A DNA stretch of 64,000 bases from Phoronis australis (Eukaryota > Animalia > Phoronida), in NCBI GenBank assembly GCA_002633005.1, contig NMRA01000791.1, forward strand, positions 4,473 to 68,472. The letters are read 5' to 3'. This document shows positions 25,813 through 39,716 of the stretch, in pieces; the stretch's first letter is position 1; the number at the start of each line of letters is the position of its first letter. Below the pieces are notes generated by a model. That model worked only from the letters and a program-made list of their open reading frames with translations. It made no database searches and was not told the origin of the DNA. A program made the translations under genes and the position numbers.

Positions 25813-28663
25813 ATTGAGAGAAAATGGGTGTGGACCCCCGAGGAAGGTTAAGCATGAATTTATCAACCCCTATAATTGTGTAGAGCTGAGTCGTTCGTAT
25901 TAAAAAAATCGTGCATAACATCTCCTAGAAAATGTCTGTTGGTTGGTTGGGACTATCTCTGGAGTGCTAATTCATGTTTTCCTCTTTCACAAAAACTAAC
26001 ATGAGCAGAAAATGATAAAATAATTGTATCTATAACGTATCTGTCCTAATTAAAATCACCGTGGTATTCAACAAAATTGTTTTGCTCCGACAGATTGTGT
26101 GTTTTGCACATTTTTAAAATATATGTCTGACAAATAGTATACCATTTAAATATTATCATTTATGTTATTCTAAATTAAAGTACATCGTGTTACATAACAT
26201 TTCAAACTGATGGAAATGAAATGTTAGGTTTGTAGATAATCCAAGCTAAGTGTTTCTTTTTCAAGAGATAGAACTAAATTACAGTTCTGCTAGATGGGAG
26301 ACGGATCCCGCTCGAAACAAATGCAAGATTAATAATATCGTATCTAAATTAAACCTGTTGAAACGGAGAGTCTTGACAATACTTTATCGTTTATCAGTGG
26401 TGGCACGATTTATTGCGTAACGTATACTCTAGCACGTCGCGCGGTCTGTAATCGCAACGTAGTCTAGCCGCTACAAGAGTCTGCGTAACCGACCAAAACA
26501 CCGTGAAAACTTGTTGGCGGTTCACATACAGCAAACACACCCCACATGAGCATCGGAAGGCTCGAAGAGAAAAGAAGGTCTGAATGAAGCAGCACATCAT
26601 GCAATTCTGACTATATACAACCGACAGTGCAGGGAAGCGCTCGTGAACTTACTGGCCTACACAATCACGAACTAAGGGATAGGTGGCTATAAAGTTCACC
26701 TTTTCAGCCGTACATGTACTTTAGTGAGGCTCTACGAAAAAGCGCCACTCCCTGGCTGGTTGCATTAGCTTCCCCACGTAATAATTGATAACCTGTCCAG
26801 TATTTTTATCCCCATTATTCTACTGCTTTCTCAAAGTAACTAACTGTCGCCATCATTCGAACAAATCGGAACCGAATCAAATTAGTGCAGTGTTGTTATC
26901 GTCCACAGCCATTGGCATGAACTCCGACCTGTATCTAATTTGGTCAGTACGCCCCCATACAGGAAAAGCACCAGAGGCATCCTATTTGAGACGAATTTCA
27001 TAAAGAAAACTTATTTTTGTGATTTAGTGTTGGATTTACAGCCTCTTCATAGTAAGCCCTCTTGAAAATTTCCAGGTGTTACGCTACTGTTGGCAAGAAA
27101 ACAAACAGATTTCCAGAACACTGGGTTTCGGGTGTCAACCTTGGTAGCAGTGGNCAATATTTTTAGCTATAAATAAAATAAGCTTTTCCGACAAGGACAT
27201 TGTTTGTCGGGTAAAATGGCGGCTTGGAAAGGCAGACGAAGGTGTTTCAAGTTTCCTGCGTTCTGATTGGTTAGTTAAACCCTCAGTCATAATCGTGGCG
27301 ATAGGTAAATTGATTAAGAGAAAATGGGTGTGGACCCCCGAGGAAGGTTAAGCATGAATTTATCAACCCCTATAATTGTGTAGAGCTGAGTCGTTCGTAT
27401 TAAAAAAATCGTGCATAACATCTCCTGGAAAATGTCTGTTGGTTGGTTGGGACTATCTCTGGAGTGCTAATCCATGTTTTCCTCTTTCACAAAAACTAAC
27501 ATGAGCAGAAAATGATAAAATAATTGTATCTATAACGTATCTCTCCTAATTAAAATCACCGTGGTATTCAACAAAATTGTTTTGTTCCGACAGATTGTGT
27601 GTTTTGCACATTTTTAAAATATATGTCTGACAAATAGTATACCATTTAAATATTATCATTTATGTTATTCTAAATTAAAGTACATCGTGTTACATAACAT
27701 TTCAAACTGATGGAAATGAAATGTTAGGTTTATCTTGAAACGTAGATAATCCAAGCTAAGTGTTTCTTTTTCAAGAGATAGAACTAAATTACAGTACTGC
27801 TAGATGGGAGACGGATCCCGCTCAAAACAAATGCAAGATTAATAATATCGTATCTAAATTAAACCTGTTGAAACGGAGAGTCTTGACAATACTTTATCGT
27901 TTATCAGTGGTGGCACGATTTATTGCGTAACGTATACTCTAGCACATCGCGCGGTCTGTAATCGCAATGTAGTCTAGCCGCTACAAGAGTCTGCGTAACC
28001 GACCAAAACACCGTGAAAACTTGTTGGCGGTTCACATACAGCAAACACACCCCACATGAGCATCGGAAGGCTCGAAGAGAAAAGAAGGTCTGAATGAAGC
28101 AACACATCATGCAATTCTGACTATATACAACCGACAGTGCAGGGAAGCGCTCGTGAACTTACTGGCCTACACAATCACGAACTAAGGGATAGGTGGCTAT
28201 AAAGTTCACCTTTTCAGCCGTACATGTACTTTAGTGAGGCTCTACGAAAAGGCGCCACTCCCTGGCTGGTTGCATTAGCTTCCCCACGTAATAATTGATA
28301 ACCTGTCCAGTATTTTTATCCCCATTATTCTACTGCTTTCTCAAAGTAACTAACTGTCGCCATCATTCGAACAAATCGGAACCGAATCAAATTAGTGCAG
28401 TGTTGTTATCGTCCACAGCCATTGGCATGAACTCCGACCTGTATCTAATTTGGTCAGTACGCCCCCATACAGGAAAAGCACCAGAGACATCCTATTTGAG
28501 ACGAATTTCATAAAGAAAACTTATTTTTGTGATTTAGTGTTGGATTTACAGCCTCTTCATAGTAAGCCCTCTTGAAAATTTCCAGGTGTTACGCTACTGT
28601 TGGCAAGAAAACAAACAGATTTCCAGAACACTGGGTTTCGGGTGTCAACCTTGGTAGCAGTGG
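25654..28663. repeat. Near-identical tandem duplication (25654-27153 and 27155-28663) joined by a single N; includes a truncated astacin exon copy at 27076-27153
   Basis: Sequence after N27154 restarts at the 25654 sequence; a few SNPs and one ~10-nt indel. Confidence 0.92.
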
Positions 28664-28679
28664 AGACGCGTGTCTGGAT
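28586..28679 (+). CDS. Astacin catalytic-domain exon (GC..VG segment)
   Basis: ttccag|G...GAT|gtaagt; phase 2 to 0; CYATVGKKTNRFPEHWVSGVNLGSSGDACLD. Confidence 0.9.
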
Positions 28680-29321
28680 GTAAGTTTTCAATGTATTTCG
28701 TAAATTAAAACAAAACCGGCCTCCGCAATCGTCTGCTTGCACACGTCACAAATAGCACTAAGGAATACTTAATGTTTAAGCGTGACCGATGAACTGTTTT
28801 GGAAATTCGAAGTTTCTACATTGTTGTATGCTGTCAATAACTAGCAGACGGCATTCTATGTGCTTGTCTTCGTAGACGTTATTTCCACAGGAAGATTTGC
28901 ACAGATTCGAGGTTGTCTCCAGAAGTTAGCCCCTTAGCGGCTCGATTCCTCTTGACATGTGACATGCACCAACTTACGCTTTCTCTTGGTATAACCGTGC
29001 TTGTTGAAGTGCTCAAGGCAAAGAAACACCTTTAAAAGACGTTTCTATCTTAAACTAAAACAATCCGGAACGTTATTGTACATAATTTGTGTTTTTTAGA
29101 AAATTCCACATACCATTTCGTCTTTCACTCACTTCTTTACAGCCTTCATTCATTAAATTTGCGATTGCTTCAGATTGGGACATTAGTCACCTTCAAATTA
29201 GGCTTACATGTATGTATTCATCAACGTAAAAATAACCTAAAGCGTTATCTTTCATATTTCTATTTTAAAAAAGGTATATTCCAATGGGTCTCTTCCTTAT
29301 TTTTAATTGCGAATGTTTCAG

Positions 29322-29519
29322 ATTGGGACAGTCATACATGAAATTGGTCACGCTATCGGCCGATGGCACGAGCAGAGTCGCGAAGATCGAGGAGCCTTTG
29401 TAGATTTCAACATTGACACTTCGGGAGATGCTTCGCAGTATTGGGTTAGCTCTGGGGAATATAGAGGACGTTCCTTCGTACCTTACGACTATACCAGCAT
29501 AATGCATTATGGTTCAAGG
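29322..29519 (+). CDS. Astacin exon with zinc-binding motif and Met-turn
   Basis: HEIGHAIGRWHEQSREDR (HExxHxxGxxHE) and PYDYTSIMHYG; tttcag|ATT...AGG|gtacgg; phase 0 to 0. Confidence 0.97.
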
Positions 29520-29837
29520 GTACGGTTATAGATCTTGCACTGCTTATACGATCATGTACGAAAAGTGGTGTGCGAAAATTGTTGAGTGGATATACTATTA
29601 ATTAAAATATACAGAGTCAACTATATTCATTACGACGTGCTATAAGACATGGTTTTACACGAATCGCCTTTCCGGGTTTATATAAGTTTTCACTTGTTCA
29701 TCTTTACCAGTTGTTGCAGAAGATCATGATCTCTCATTTGGAACTTTACTTATTGCATTAATACATCACAAATGATATGTGTATTCTTGTATCAACGTCA
29801 TGTTGCTTTGTGACATAATGTTCAATGTTCTCTGCAG

Positions 29838-29964
29838 GGTTTTGCAATAATAAACGAAGACGCCATGCAGGCCCTAGACGCAGATTTAACTTTCTTAATG
29901 AACGGCGCCGGATTATTGTCGTATTACGACCAGAAAGTTCTAAACCTAGCCTATAATTGTTCCC
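29838..29964 (+). CDS. Astacin catalytic-domain C-terminal exon
   Basis: ctgcag|GGT...TCC C|gtaagt; GFAIINEDAMQALDADLTFLMNGAGLLSYYDQKVLNLAYNCS (LS..D...N..Y.C motif). Confidence 0.92.
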
Positions 29965-30114
29965 GTAAGTATAACTCGACCAAAACAATCAAGTCTATCT
30001 GCTGTCTTAATTAATGTGATCCCTTCCTCGCCGAATTGCTGTCGAAACGATTACAAAAATTGTTTTGCGTCGTGAAAAAAATACTGGCTGTCAACTTCAA
30101 TTTAGCGCGATTAA

Positions 30115-33100
30115 GAATGATTCCATATAAAAACCATATGAAAATGAAAAATCACTATATACTCTAAAATTCATACAGAGCTAATACTGTGTGCATGTGT
30201 TGGGATGCTGGCCAAAAGTATACTGCTGCACTATTTGCACTCAATGACCTTTGGTTACCGAGATATGATTTATTTGCCTACAAGGTCATATTTTGAATTT
30301 TTTCATGTCAGTAAAACTGCATTTTTTGAATGGCAAAAAATCAGACTTTGACAACTGGTGACAAGGTTTGACATCGATGGTCATAAAGACTCATGTAAGA
30401 TTAGCAAGGAAATGTAATTTGCAACTCATAGGTACAATTAAATTTCCAGCAGGGGAGAAAACTCCGAGACCACATTTCAGGCCAGCCACAAGTGGCAAGA
30501 TGTTGCTTAACCTGCCTGCTATATCGGAATATATTTGAAGTTGAAATTCTCTGTGTATACACTTCTAAGATTGAACTTTGATAATTGTTTGTAAAAAACT
30601 TGTCTCTAAATATTTAGTGCTAAACGTGGCCGTCGAATTTTTGTGATGTGGCCTTACTCTGACTGACAAGAGAATTGAGGCTACTCTTTTAGTTTAGAGA
30701 TATCACCTAAAATATATGATCAAATATCAACAATGCAATATCACAAATATTTAAATTTCACTTTTGAGACCCCAATTTTCTTAAACACTGCATGCTTTGT
30801 TTAACTTTACCAATACCACTTTAGGGTTTGAGATTACATGCACTTCCTGCCACTACAAAGAAAATGGAGGAATTTTCTTCTTGTACATTCGGTCAATTTT
30901 CGTTAAATAAGTGCGATCGCGGAGGAAATGTGGCCTTAATTAGCTGTGTTAAAGACGTCAGAAGTCATCTGAGGTCGTGCAAAGTGCCACAGAAGTTTGA
31001 AATTATATCGGAATTACAGCTGATTCTTGCCAGAGCGAGAGCTAGGAGGTTGGACTGGCAAACCAATGGAAATGCGTCGTTATATACTTTACACATCGAC
31101 ATGAGTTTGGAGTTGGCTTTAGACAAAAATTGACGTGTTGTATCCAGAACACACAGCATATTGTCAGAGGGATAAACCAGGAACAAGCAAAACAGTATCT
31201 GATGTCATCTCTCACCCCACACCATGTTTTGGTTGTAATGGTTTTTGCAATGAAGTTCATACCCATCAGTTTCCGTGAAGCACAGTCCGACTGGTTTGGA
31301 AAAAGATTCTCATGGCACTTGGCGGCTTGTATAACAAAGAATTGCGAAAGCCATCAGGTAAAAATAAATCCTCAATTAGTATTCAAGGTGTTACAAAGTA
31401 ATTCTCAGATGTGACCAATATTAAATAGAAAGCCAGTGATGAACAATGTTGTTGCCTTTACATCTTTTTAGTATATTGGTTTACTGTAACAGTACAAGAT
31501 ACAGGGAGTGTACACTTAATATCTAGTCTTTTTCTTGCCATTTCCCAACAAAAGCTTGACAGTGATGCATTGTTTGTCTCTTAGTAGATTTTGCACAAAA
31601 ACCTTCATTTTAGCCATTTTTTACTTATAGATGATTTTCATATCTTTGTGAAGGGGGAAATTTCCGCCCTCCCTAGAAATGTTTTGAAGGCGCTACTGAC
31701 TAACCGTGTTGAGACAAACCATGTTTGATGTTGAGTGGTGTGATTGCATTTTAGGTGGTAATAAGATGTACTAAGGTAGTTCTTTAAACTAGCTGACCTA
31801 TTTGAGTTACATAATTGTTGTATTTCAGGTACATACTTATATCCAACGACGTTTAAAATGCAGTCGACCTGAAACATGCGTTAGAGTCTAGAGGTGGTGT
31901 CAAAGGCTGTTATGTGTCAGCCTGTAGTGTAAATGTCCCAAAGGTCCTTCCCGAGAACAGTATCCCATGGATAAGTTTGGTGACAAACTTCGAGTATTCC
32001 ACCGATGGCATTCGAGCATGGAATGCCTATAGAGTAGTGGAGGGAAAACTTGTCATCAACAATTCATGTAAACTGTTGCCTCTGAAAAGTCTTGACCTTG
32101 CAACAATCGAGTGTTTTACAACTCCAAAGGTTGAGTCGGGGCTGGTATCCCGTGAACGTCATACGAAGTTCACATGCACACACTATGGGTGCTCGAAATA
32201 TTTTCCTACTAATGCTGACCTAAATGAGCACTTGGGTGTTGGTGCTCATTCATCATCCCTCCAGAACGAGACTCAGTTCGACCACATTTTAAGACAATCT
32301 GAGATGTTATCTACTACCACAGCTGTATCATCACCTGTGTTGTCTTCCGTTTACGTTGTTGATCAAGTCGCCGCAGGATTGGGCCCTGAAAAGTACTAGG
32401 AAAGCGGTCTGGTTCTCTGAGAAGGTAAAGACTTAGCCCAGTGATGCATTTTCTGAAGGTGAACAGTCAGGCAGAAAAGAACAACCAGCTGAGGTTATAA
32501 AGATGATGCGAGAAGCCAGGAATAAGCAAGGAAAAGTTTCTCCTCCGAAGAGTGGCTGTCGGAGCAGCAGATTGCTGGATTTTTCTCCCGTATGGTTGCC
32601 GCGTCTCGAATCGGAAATATTCAGAATACTGAAGATGCTGATGATGCTGCTGCCCACCAATTTGCCTCAATGAATGAGTTGGAGCTTGAAGTTATGAATG
32701 AGTTATCATCATAAACTGTAGGAAATGATGAACATGTTTTAGTTGTTGTCTATTCTTATGATATTGTCAGATTTGGTCATCATTATCGTAGCTAGTAGGG
32801 AACTGGGGACCACCCTGGGCGAAATTGGGGAACATAAAAAATGACGCAAATTAGGAGCTTCCATGGGGGAGAGATTTGAGTGGTGACCGTTTGGGGAAAA
32901 TAATCCAAGAAAACTGATGGTCAACATTGAAATCTTCTGTCACTTTTTACTAGCGTTTTTATGTTCAGTTTGAGACTCGTAAAGCATACTTTTTTACATG
33001 ATTGATTCTATTGAAGATTTTTAAAGGAGAGATTACATAGTTTTGAGAAACGTCTATCTTAGACATGTGTATTGAGCAAAATAGAAGGAATTTGTGTTTC

Positions 33101-34528
33101 AGTAGCTCTTGTTTTCTTCAAACAAAATGCAGTTTTTTTGAAGTGCTGTAGAAATGCATCATACGCTAAACCTAACATACCTTCAAGAAAGTGTGGTTTT
33201 GAGTTCGGAACGGAATTAACATATTGTGAAACTTTTAGCTAGTAAGTTGCAACAACACACAATTGCCTAAATACTGGTTTGGAAAGTCGTTATCTTGGAA
33301 ATCACTGAAAGTATCATGTTTTCAATCGTAAATATTCGTACCTATTATTTTTTCTGAAATTGCAAATTCCATTGGCGCACTGCCACCATGCTCGGCCGCT
33401 TTTGTGTAGTACAAGAAGCACTGCGTGACATTTTGTATGTCCAATAACAAGACACTTCTGCTCGTATCCACCGTCCTCTTTTCACTTGTGATCTCAAAGA
33501 TCTTGATTAGTTTTAGTATGAACTTTGCTAATAGTTTGAGAGGAATTTTTCAAGCGCATATACAGGATTTGCCCAGGAGGTCTGAAAATGGACCAGCATG
33601 CACTACAGGCAGTGCGTGGGATTCTTAGTCAATTACGGTGTTTGAAAACTGCCCAAACAATGGGTAATGGGCACCCTTAATAAGAATAAAACCTGCTTCT
33701 CTGAAGTATGAGATGGTGATGGGTTATATTATTAACTCATAAGTACATTAAAATTGACTTTTTTGATTTCTGTAATCCTATAACAATTTTTTTATTTTTG
33801 CATCAGCAAAACTGAAAATACGCGAAGAAAAAATCTCTCATACAGCTTCCCATGATCTCCTTCGTTACTGATGTAGCAAAACGAATGATATTTGTTCTAT
33901 TTGGCATCTTGGTCGATAGATAATTGCACAATCGAGTAGCGCCTCCCACAGTCTTTTAATCAAACTTACAGTCACATATTTGCAGAAAAGTGTGTGAGTT
34001 ATGTAAAAAACTGACTGCACAAAAACTATGAAAGAGACAAGATTTTTTATTCTTGCGTTGGGCTGAACAAAGACAGCAGTAACAGATAGAAGTTAACTCA
34101 TGTTCCAAAAGAATCCGATATAGATTTGGGTGAGTGATAAAAATGCGTAAAAATGGCCTTAATAATAAGCAGTGAAAATGATATTTATGTAGGCTAAAAT
34201 GGGAGGACATAGAAAAACAATAAATTCATTCTAACAAGTTTTTCTCTTGTATGTTATTCTTTCTTCTTTCTGCTACATAGTTTTTTTTCAATAGCGTGAA
34301 GCGATTATGTGCTGTTGCTGACAAAAATTCAACTACTTCCATGTGCTGTTATTTTGCTATTTTTCATAAAAAGTACAAAGTGGTCGTATAATGGGTTAAA
34401 AAACTCGGAAACTCTTAAGAATTCAGGCTCAGGTTTCTTTTGACAAGGCCATCTGACGTGTTAAGTTTCAAAAAAAAATGGTGATTTGCATATATAGCCC
34501 ACCATCTGGTTTTTATATGGAATCGCTC
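30115..34528 (+). mobile_element. Decayed Sola3 DNA transposon in an astacin intron
   Basis: TTAA TSD; TIR GA(AT/GC)GATTCCATATAAAAACCA. Transposase remnants: FAMKFIPISFREAQSDWFGKR-SWH, NFEYSTDGIRAWNAY, C2H2 finger CTHYGC..HLGVGAH, and EWLSEQQIAGFFSR. Confidence 0.85.
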
Positions 34529-34957
34529 TTAATTCTTGATAGTCATTCGACGTAAATTGATCTAATACATGATATTTTCGAGTGCTTGGAACTTCCGATT
34601 AAAGACATTGGCGCTTTACCCATTATATGATTTAGTGAAAATTCGCGTGGTTTGGTTGCAATCAGAACTGTAAATGTAATAATTACCGAGAATTTCTCAG
34701 TTATCACATTTGCGGTTGAGATTGGCAACATTTTTATAACGACGTGAGGTAATATGGTCACCTCTTAAAGCTCAATATTCTATTCAGTTTTAAGAAATTA
34801 AAAAAAAACAAAACAATAAACCACTCTATTCAGATTAGGACTCTGATTAATTGCTTTTCACTGACACGCTTTTCTAAAAGAGAAGCCTTTATTATTATTG
34901 GAAATGATATCTCATTAAATATGAATTACAACCGCCCTTTGTCTGACAGAGATGTGA

Positions 34958-35200
34958 GGAGACCGTTCCAAGAAACTGACTTAAGTTCATTATTTAAGTA
35001 TAACATTTGTCTCAAGTTGTAAACTTGAAACTTTCACATCCGGTAAGTTAGTCTTAGTCAAAACAAAACTTAAGTCAAAAAGTTAAGTTAAACTTGAGTT
35101 CTCTTTCTTGAAATAGACTTAGACAATTTAAAGTTTTAACTTAAAATTGGCAGAAATTTAAGATTTTTCTTAGTTAAGTCAGTTTTCTTTGAACGGGCCT
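34958..35200. mobile_element. MITE (PIF/Harbinger-like) with internal AACTTAAG repeats
   Basis: Imperfect TIR gaccgttccaagaaactgacttaa / ttaagtcagttttctttgaacgggcc. Confidence 0.6.
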
Positions 35201-36049
35201 CAAGAATGTAATAGACAATTTGAACATTTAAAAAGCTTTTGGGTCTGATGAAATTTCAAATAAAATGATGGAGTCGGGTGATATTTTTGACTTTCTTGTC
35301 AGTTATACGAACTCATGTTACCCTACCGGTATGTTACTATCTGTAAGGTTGTAACCTATTGTTGTAATAATCCCTAAGAGCTCTAATTATGATGCATTGG
35401 TTCCGTTAAATTTCAAGGTCATGAGCATGCAAACTTTCATCGGCAAGGTTTATTCTAGTTTGTTATGCCCAATCTAGTAAGTCGCTAGTGGATGAGCAAA
35501 CTGGTTTAGAAAAAAATCAATCCTGTCAGGACCAAAAGTTTGTTTTATCATCCATTATAACAAACCGACTAAAATTAAAGAAAAGCAGATTTTCGTGACT
35601 TATTGACTTTCAAAAGGCTCTCGACTGGATGAAAACAGACTGTCTCTTGAAACTGCTTGACAAACAAGTTGTTGAGAATCTCTATTTTGCGTTTAAGGCT
35701 CTCCTCGCGAACATGTGTGCGTGTATTCGCATAGACAGTATTAACTCCGTTACCAATAGTTCGTCCCACGAAATGAAAACATAGAGTCGAAGATGCAAGT
35801 GAGATAAAGGTTCGTCGACTCAACTCGAACCAAGACCCTGGACTGACTTTCCAGTGACGCGATCATTCCTTCTATGGGGTCTTCCACTTTTACTACACTT
35901 AAGTTCACACCAGATGGCGAGGACTAGTCCGTGTGTTACAGTGTTTGTAATAAATAGTGTACATCCGAAGTTACGTTTTGTTTTTCTGTGTTCTAAAAGG
36001 TGGCCACGTTTTTTATTTTTAGTAAACATTGATGTCTGTATACTTTAAG

Positions 36050-36157
36050 GTGGTTGTTCCATCAGAAGCTGTGAAAATGAAGGATTTGTGACGAAACAGT
36101 GTAGGTGCAAGTGTCCGCCGTTTGTCGGAGGATTAAGATGTGAACGTGTGACTACAG
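36050..36157 (+). CDS. EGF-like domain exon 1
   Basis: tttaag|GT...G|gttggt; phase 1 to 1; GCSIRSCENEGFVTKQCRCKCPPFVGGLRCERVTT. Confidence 0.9.
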
Positions 36158-39100
36158 GTTGGTACACTGAGAACAAGTGCTATAAAGTATATTTGGCAGC
36201 TCTGAGGCCAGGGTATAATCGCCAGATTCAAACTTAATTTTTGTCATACTTAGTACGAGCTAAACATGAATATCTATAATTGTGTGCTTTAGAATATCAA
36301 GTTCAGGCAGACTTAGTGTTTAATCCAAATTTGCACATGTTTACCCAAAACATTAAAGCTATAAGTTCGAGTCTCAATTCGAAAATAAACTCGAGTTCGC
36401 AGCTGGAGTTTAAAGGTAATCCAGTTCTATATTCTGATCACACCATACTCGTAAACAATCCTCTTTAGTTCAGAACTGTCGAAATAGCTTGGAGTTTGAG
36501 CTCGGAGATCTATAATTACACTTCAAACGTTATTTCTTTTAGAAAGAGCATGGTCCTTTATTTTCGGTTAAATTCTGCATGAGTTTGGCTTCATTACACC
36601 AATCGAAATTAACGTAACTGCAAATGTAACGTAAAACGTAAATAGAAAATCAAATAATCACACACAAATGAGAGTGTTTCTATACTTTAGTTTGATTACT
36701 TGAATGAAATTCGGACAACACTCCAAAATTCAAACCACTGAGATGCAATTTCTGCCCATGCCAGATCTCCTTAGATAAGAGACATAATATCGTTTTATTC
36801 CCCAATCGTATAACTTTCGAAAACACCTTTGCGAAACGAATCTTCAAACGAGGAAATTCTTGCTCAGAGCCTGTACTTGCGGCAACCACCGTGGATAGAG
36901 TTTCATTTTCACTTTTGTTGTTTTAAAATTACTAGAATAATGACAATTTACCATTTTGTACTGCCCCGGCAGTCGTCACTCTTTGTTAAATTTCGGGTAT
37001 TAAACGGGTAAATGCACTCGGGCGACGCTGGGCTTACACATATGATTAAGTTCCAAGTCAACCGTTAGCGACGCTTCCTATGATATGCACTACATGTATG
37101 CGTTCTGGATGCAGCTTCAAGGTTGGAAGACTGGTCAAATATTCCACTCCATAACATTAGTGAAGAGCCAAAGTGAGTTTTTCATAGCTAGAAAACTTAT
37201 CAAAGATGTTTTGACGGGATTTGCCATGTTGCTATCAATTCACTAAATGTCGTTCCAAAGTTGAATATTTCGGAGCAAACGGTTTTGTTTTGCTTCCGAA
37301 ACGTTGCGTCTCGTGACGATTAGCAAAGAGAGGAACATGGGAAAACACCAGTTGTTCATATCTTCACACGCGTTGAGGTACTGAGTGTGCTTAAGCTAAT
37401 TTTGGAAAAGTCTCTCCCTATTGTCTTACAAAATAATCTGACAAACGCGTACAGAACTACATGTAGCCAGTTACTAGTAAAAACAAAAAGTGAAACAAAA
37501 CAAGAACGGAAACATGTATCATACTGTAGATTGCAATTGCATTTTTCATTCACCATTAGACAAAAATTATGAATACAAAATATAGCAGAGACACAAAAAT
37601 TACGACACTTGAGCTTAGTTTGTTTGAACTCCTTGGGGAGAAGGCCCAGCCGAAAGAAAGTATAGTCAGATGAGTCCTTGTATTAAGATTCGCTCAATAA
37701 CCTCATCTGACAGCAACCATTTTGCAATTCAGTCATTTTTTCAATTCGAAATGTTCGTTCATCTTAATCACGCTGAGTAAGCCTAATAACTCAAGGTAAC
37801 GCTTCTAAAGTCTAATTTAACATATAAAAACGAAACACACACATTTCTACAGGCATGCCAGAGTTCACAAAAGGTCTATTTTATGCATGTATCCCTTTTT
37901 GTGTCACATGACGTCGTATGGAGTTAGCAAGCTATTGTTTAACTTGCGAGATCCTTGCGACGCTATCAATGTTGTCCTTTGTTGAGTCTTTGTTGGAAAA
38001 AGCAATGCAGGTCGCACGAATATCGTACCTTGGGCGTACATCGGCCGGTTACCGATAAATGCTTACCATTATCTTTATTATAAGAAAACAAAGTGAAAAA
38101 TGGATACGCCTATTTACCGATATCTATGCGACGAGCTTGCGACTTAGTTTCCCTTGGGAATCGTTTGACGACTGCACTGCAGTGGGAGTTCCTTATTGAA
38201 AGCACATAACTTCACCCTTTGTATCTGGGCAAAGAAAATATGACCGACGAAAACATTCCGTGTGTATCGCGTGTTCTCAGAGGTGATCACTCAGACTTGA
38301 TTTCACAAAAAATGGTTGATTCCAATTCCCATATTATATAATGTTCTCAGACATCTCTTGGTCCCGGGCGCAGATTTCTGAAATTGATGTCATCAATGTG
38401 GTTGAATCTTAACTCTTACCATACGTGTTTATGTTTTTTAAACTGTTTGACTGTTTGGAATTGAAACTAGACAAGATTTACCCATTTGAAAAAGATTTTA
38501 TATTTTCTAGTCGTCTATGTAAATCACGCAAAATGCAAGGTCAATCCAGATTTCTCCATGTACCAAATGATCCGAAACACCACAAGTATTTTTAATCTCA
38601 AACTTCCCTTAATGTCTGGAAATGTGAGGCTACGAAGAGTTCCGAAAGCCATTAGAAGTGAATCACCTAATCGCACCGCTTTTCTCGCGATCGTTGTATG
38701 CCTACAGTACGCGTCCATGTTGGCTTGGCGTTGACATTTGCCGTGCCTCTCTTGTCACATGAGGTCCCTGTAAATGAACTCACAACGTCGTTAGCCTGAC
38801 CAGAAGCTCTTTTTAGTGGTGAGCAATAGTTAATGAAAGACGATGAATGAATAGTTATACGCATGTTGTCAACGGCGTTCAAGGTGAGGTCACTGGCATT
38901 TGAATGGCGATGTTTTAGATTTTTTCGGCGACACCGGTTAAATGTTTCTGCGGTTATTGTTAGAAAATGCAAGGTTTCGTGGGTTCGTGACTTCTTTGTA
39001 TTAATTACCATATATAACATGCAGCATACTGGTGACGAGGAATTCTGAACAGGGACCCATAACACTTTGCACCCACAGGTGTTTGTGAAGGCAAGAGAAC

Positions 39101-39240
39101 TACATGTAGCGCTAATGCAACCCAGTCATCCCCGCAGCTTACAATGTCGCCTATTAGACTGCCAAAACCCAGCGCTATGTCCATTTTATGGTAAATCTTA
39201 CACGAGTGGAAAGTTCTAAAAGTTTGAAATATTTTCGTAG

Positions 39241-39344
39241 GATGTGGTACGGTAGTAAATGTTCGAGACAATGTTGTCATCAAGTCACCGGGATATGACC
39301 GAGGCTCCTATCAAAACGGACTCAAGTGTGCATGGGTTGTGAAA
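39241..39344 (+). CDS. CUB domain exon a
   Basis: tcgtag|GA...AAA|gtaagc; CGTVVNVRDNVVIKSPGYDRGSYQNGLKCAWVVK. Confidence 0.93.
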
Positions 39345-39591
39345 GTAAGCTAAGTACTTACCTTTAATCTTATTTCTTATAAATGTGTTATATTTATAGT
39401 GTGGGTTTTCATCAGAAACTGAATTCTTATTAATAAGAAGTCCAGGAAGTCCTTTTCGAGCACATAGGGGGAATTGTGCCTCATGATAAACGGTCTGTTA
39501 CAATGAAATGCCATCGCGAGAAAATGAAGGACCGCTGACAAGCATTTGGTATTCATTTCACATGTATTTGTAACAGAAGCATGTTTTCCAG

Positions 39592-39716
39592 AGCCCACCA
39601 AAGACTATAATGAAGTTGGAGTTTCTCGACTTTAACGTAGAGGACGATCTTGCAAATTCTCTTTGCAAAGATAGCTTGGAAGTGCGACACCTTGGTATGG
39701 GAATGTCGGGATTAAG
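39592..39716 (+). CDS. CUB domain exon b
   Basis: ttccag|AGC...AG|gtaaag; SPPKTIMKLEFLDFNVEDDLANSLCKDSLEVRHLGMGMSGL. Confidence 0.92.

Noticed and set aside
27076-27153. Mutually exclusive duplicate astacin exon
   Set aside because: Truncated at an N inside a near-identical 1.5-kb duplication; better explained as an assembly overlap.
37260-37310. Hairpin ending in CGAAACGTT, resembling a Penelope hammerhead
   Set aside because: No intact CUGANGA upstream.
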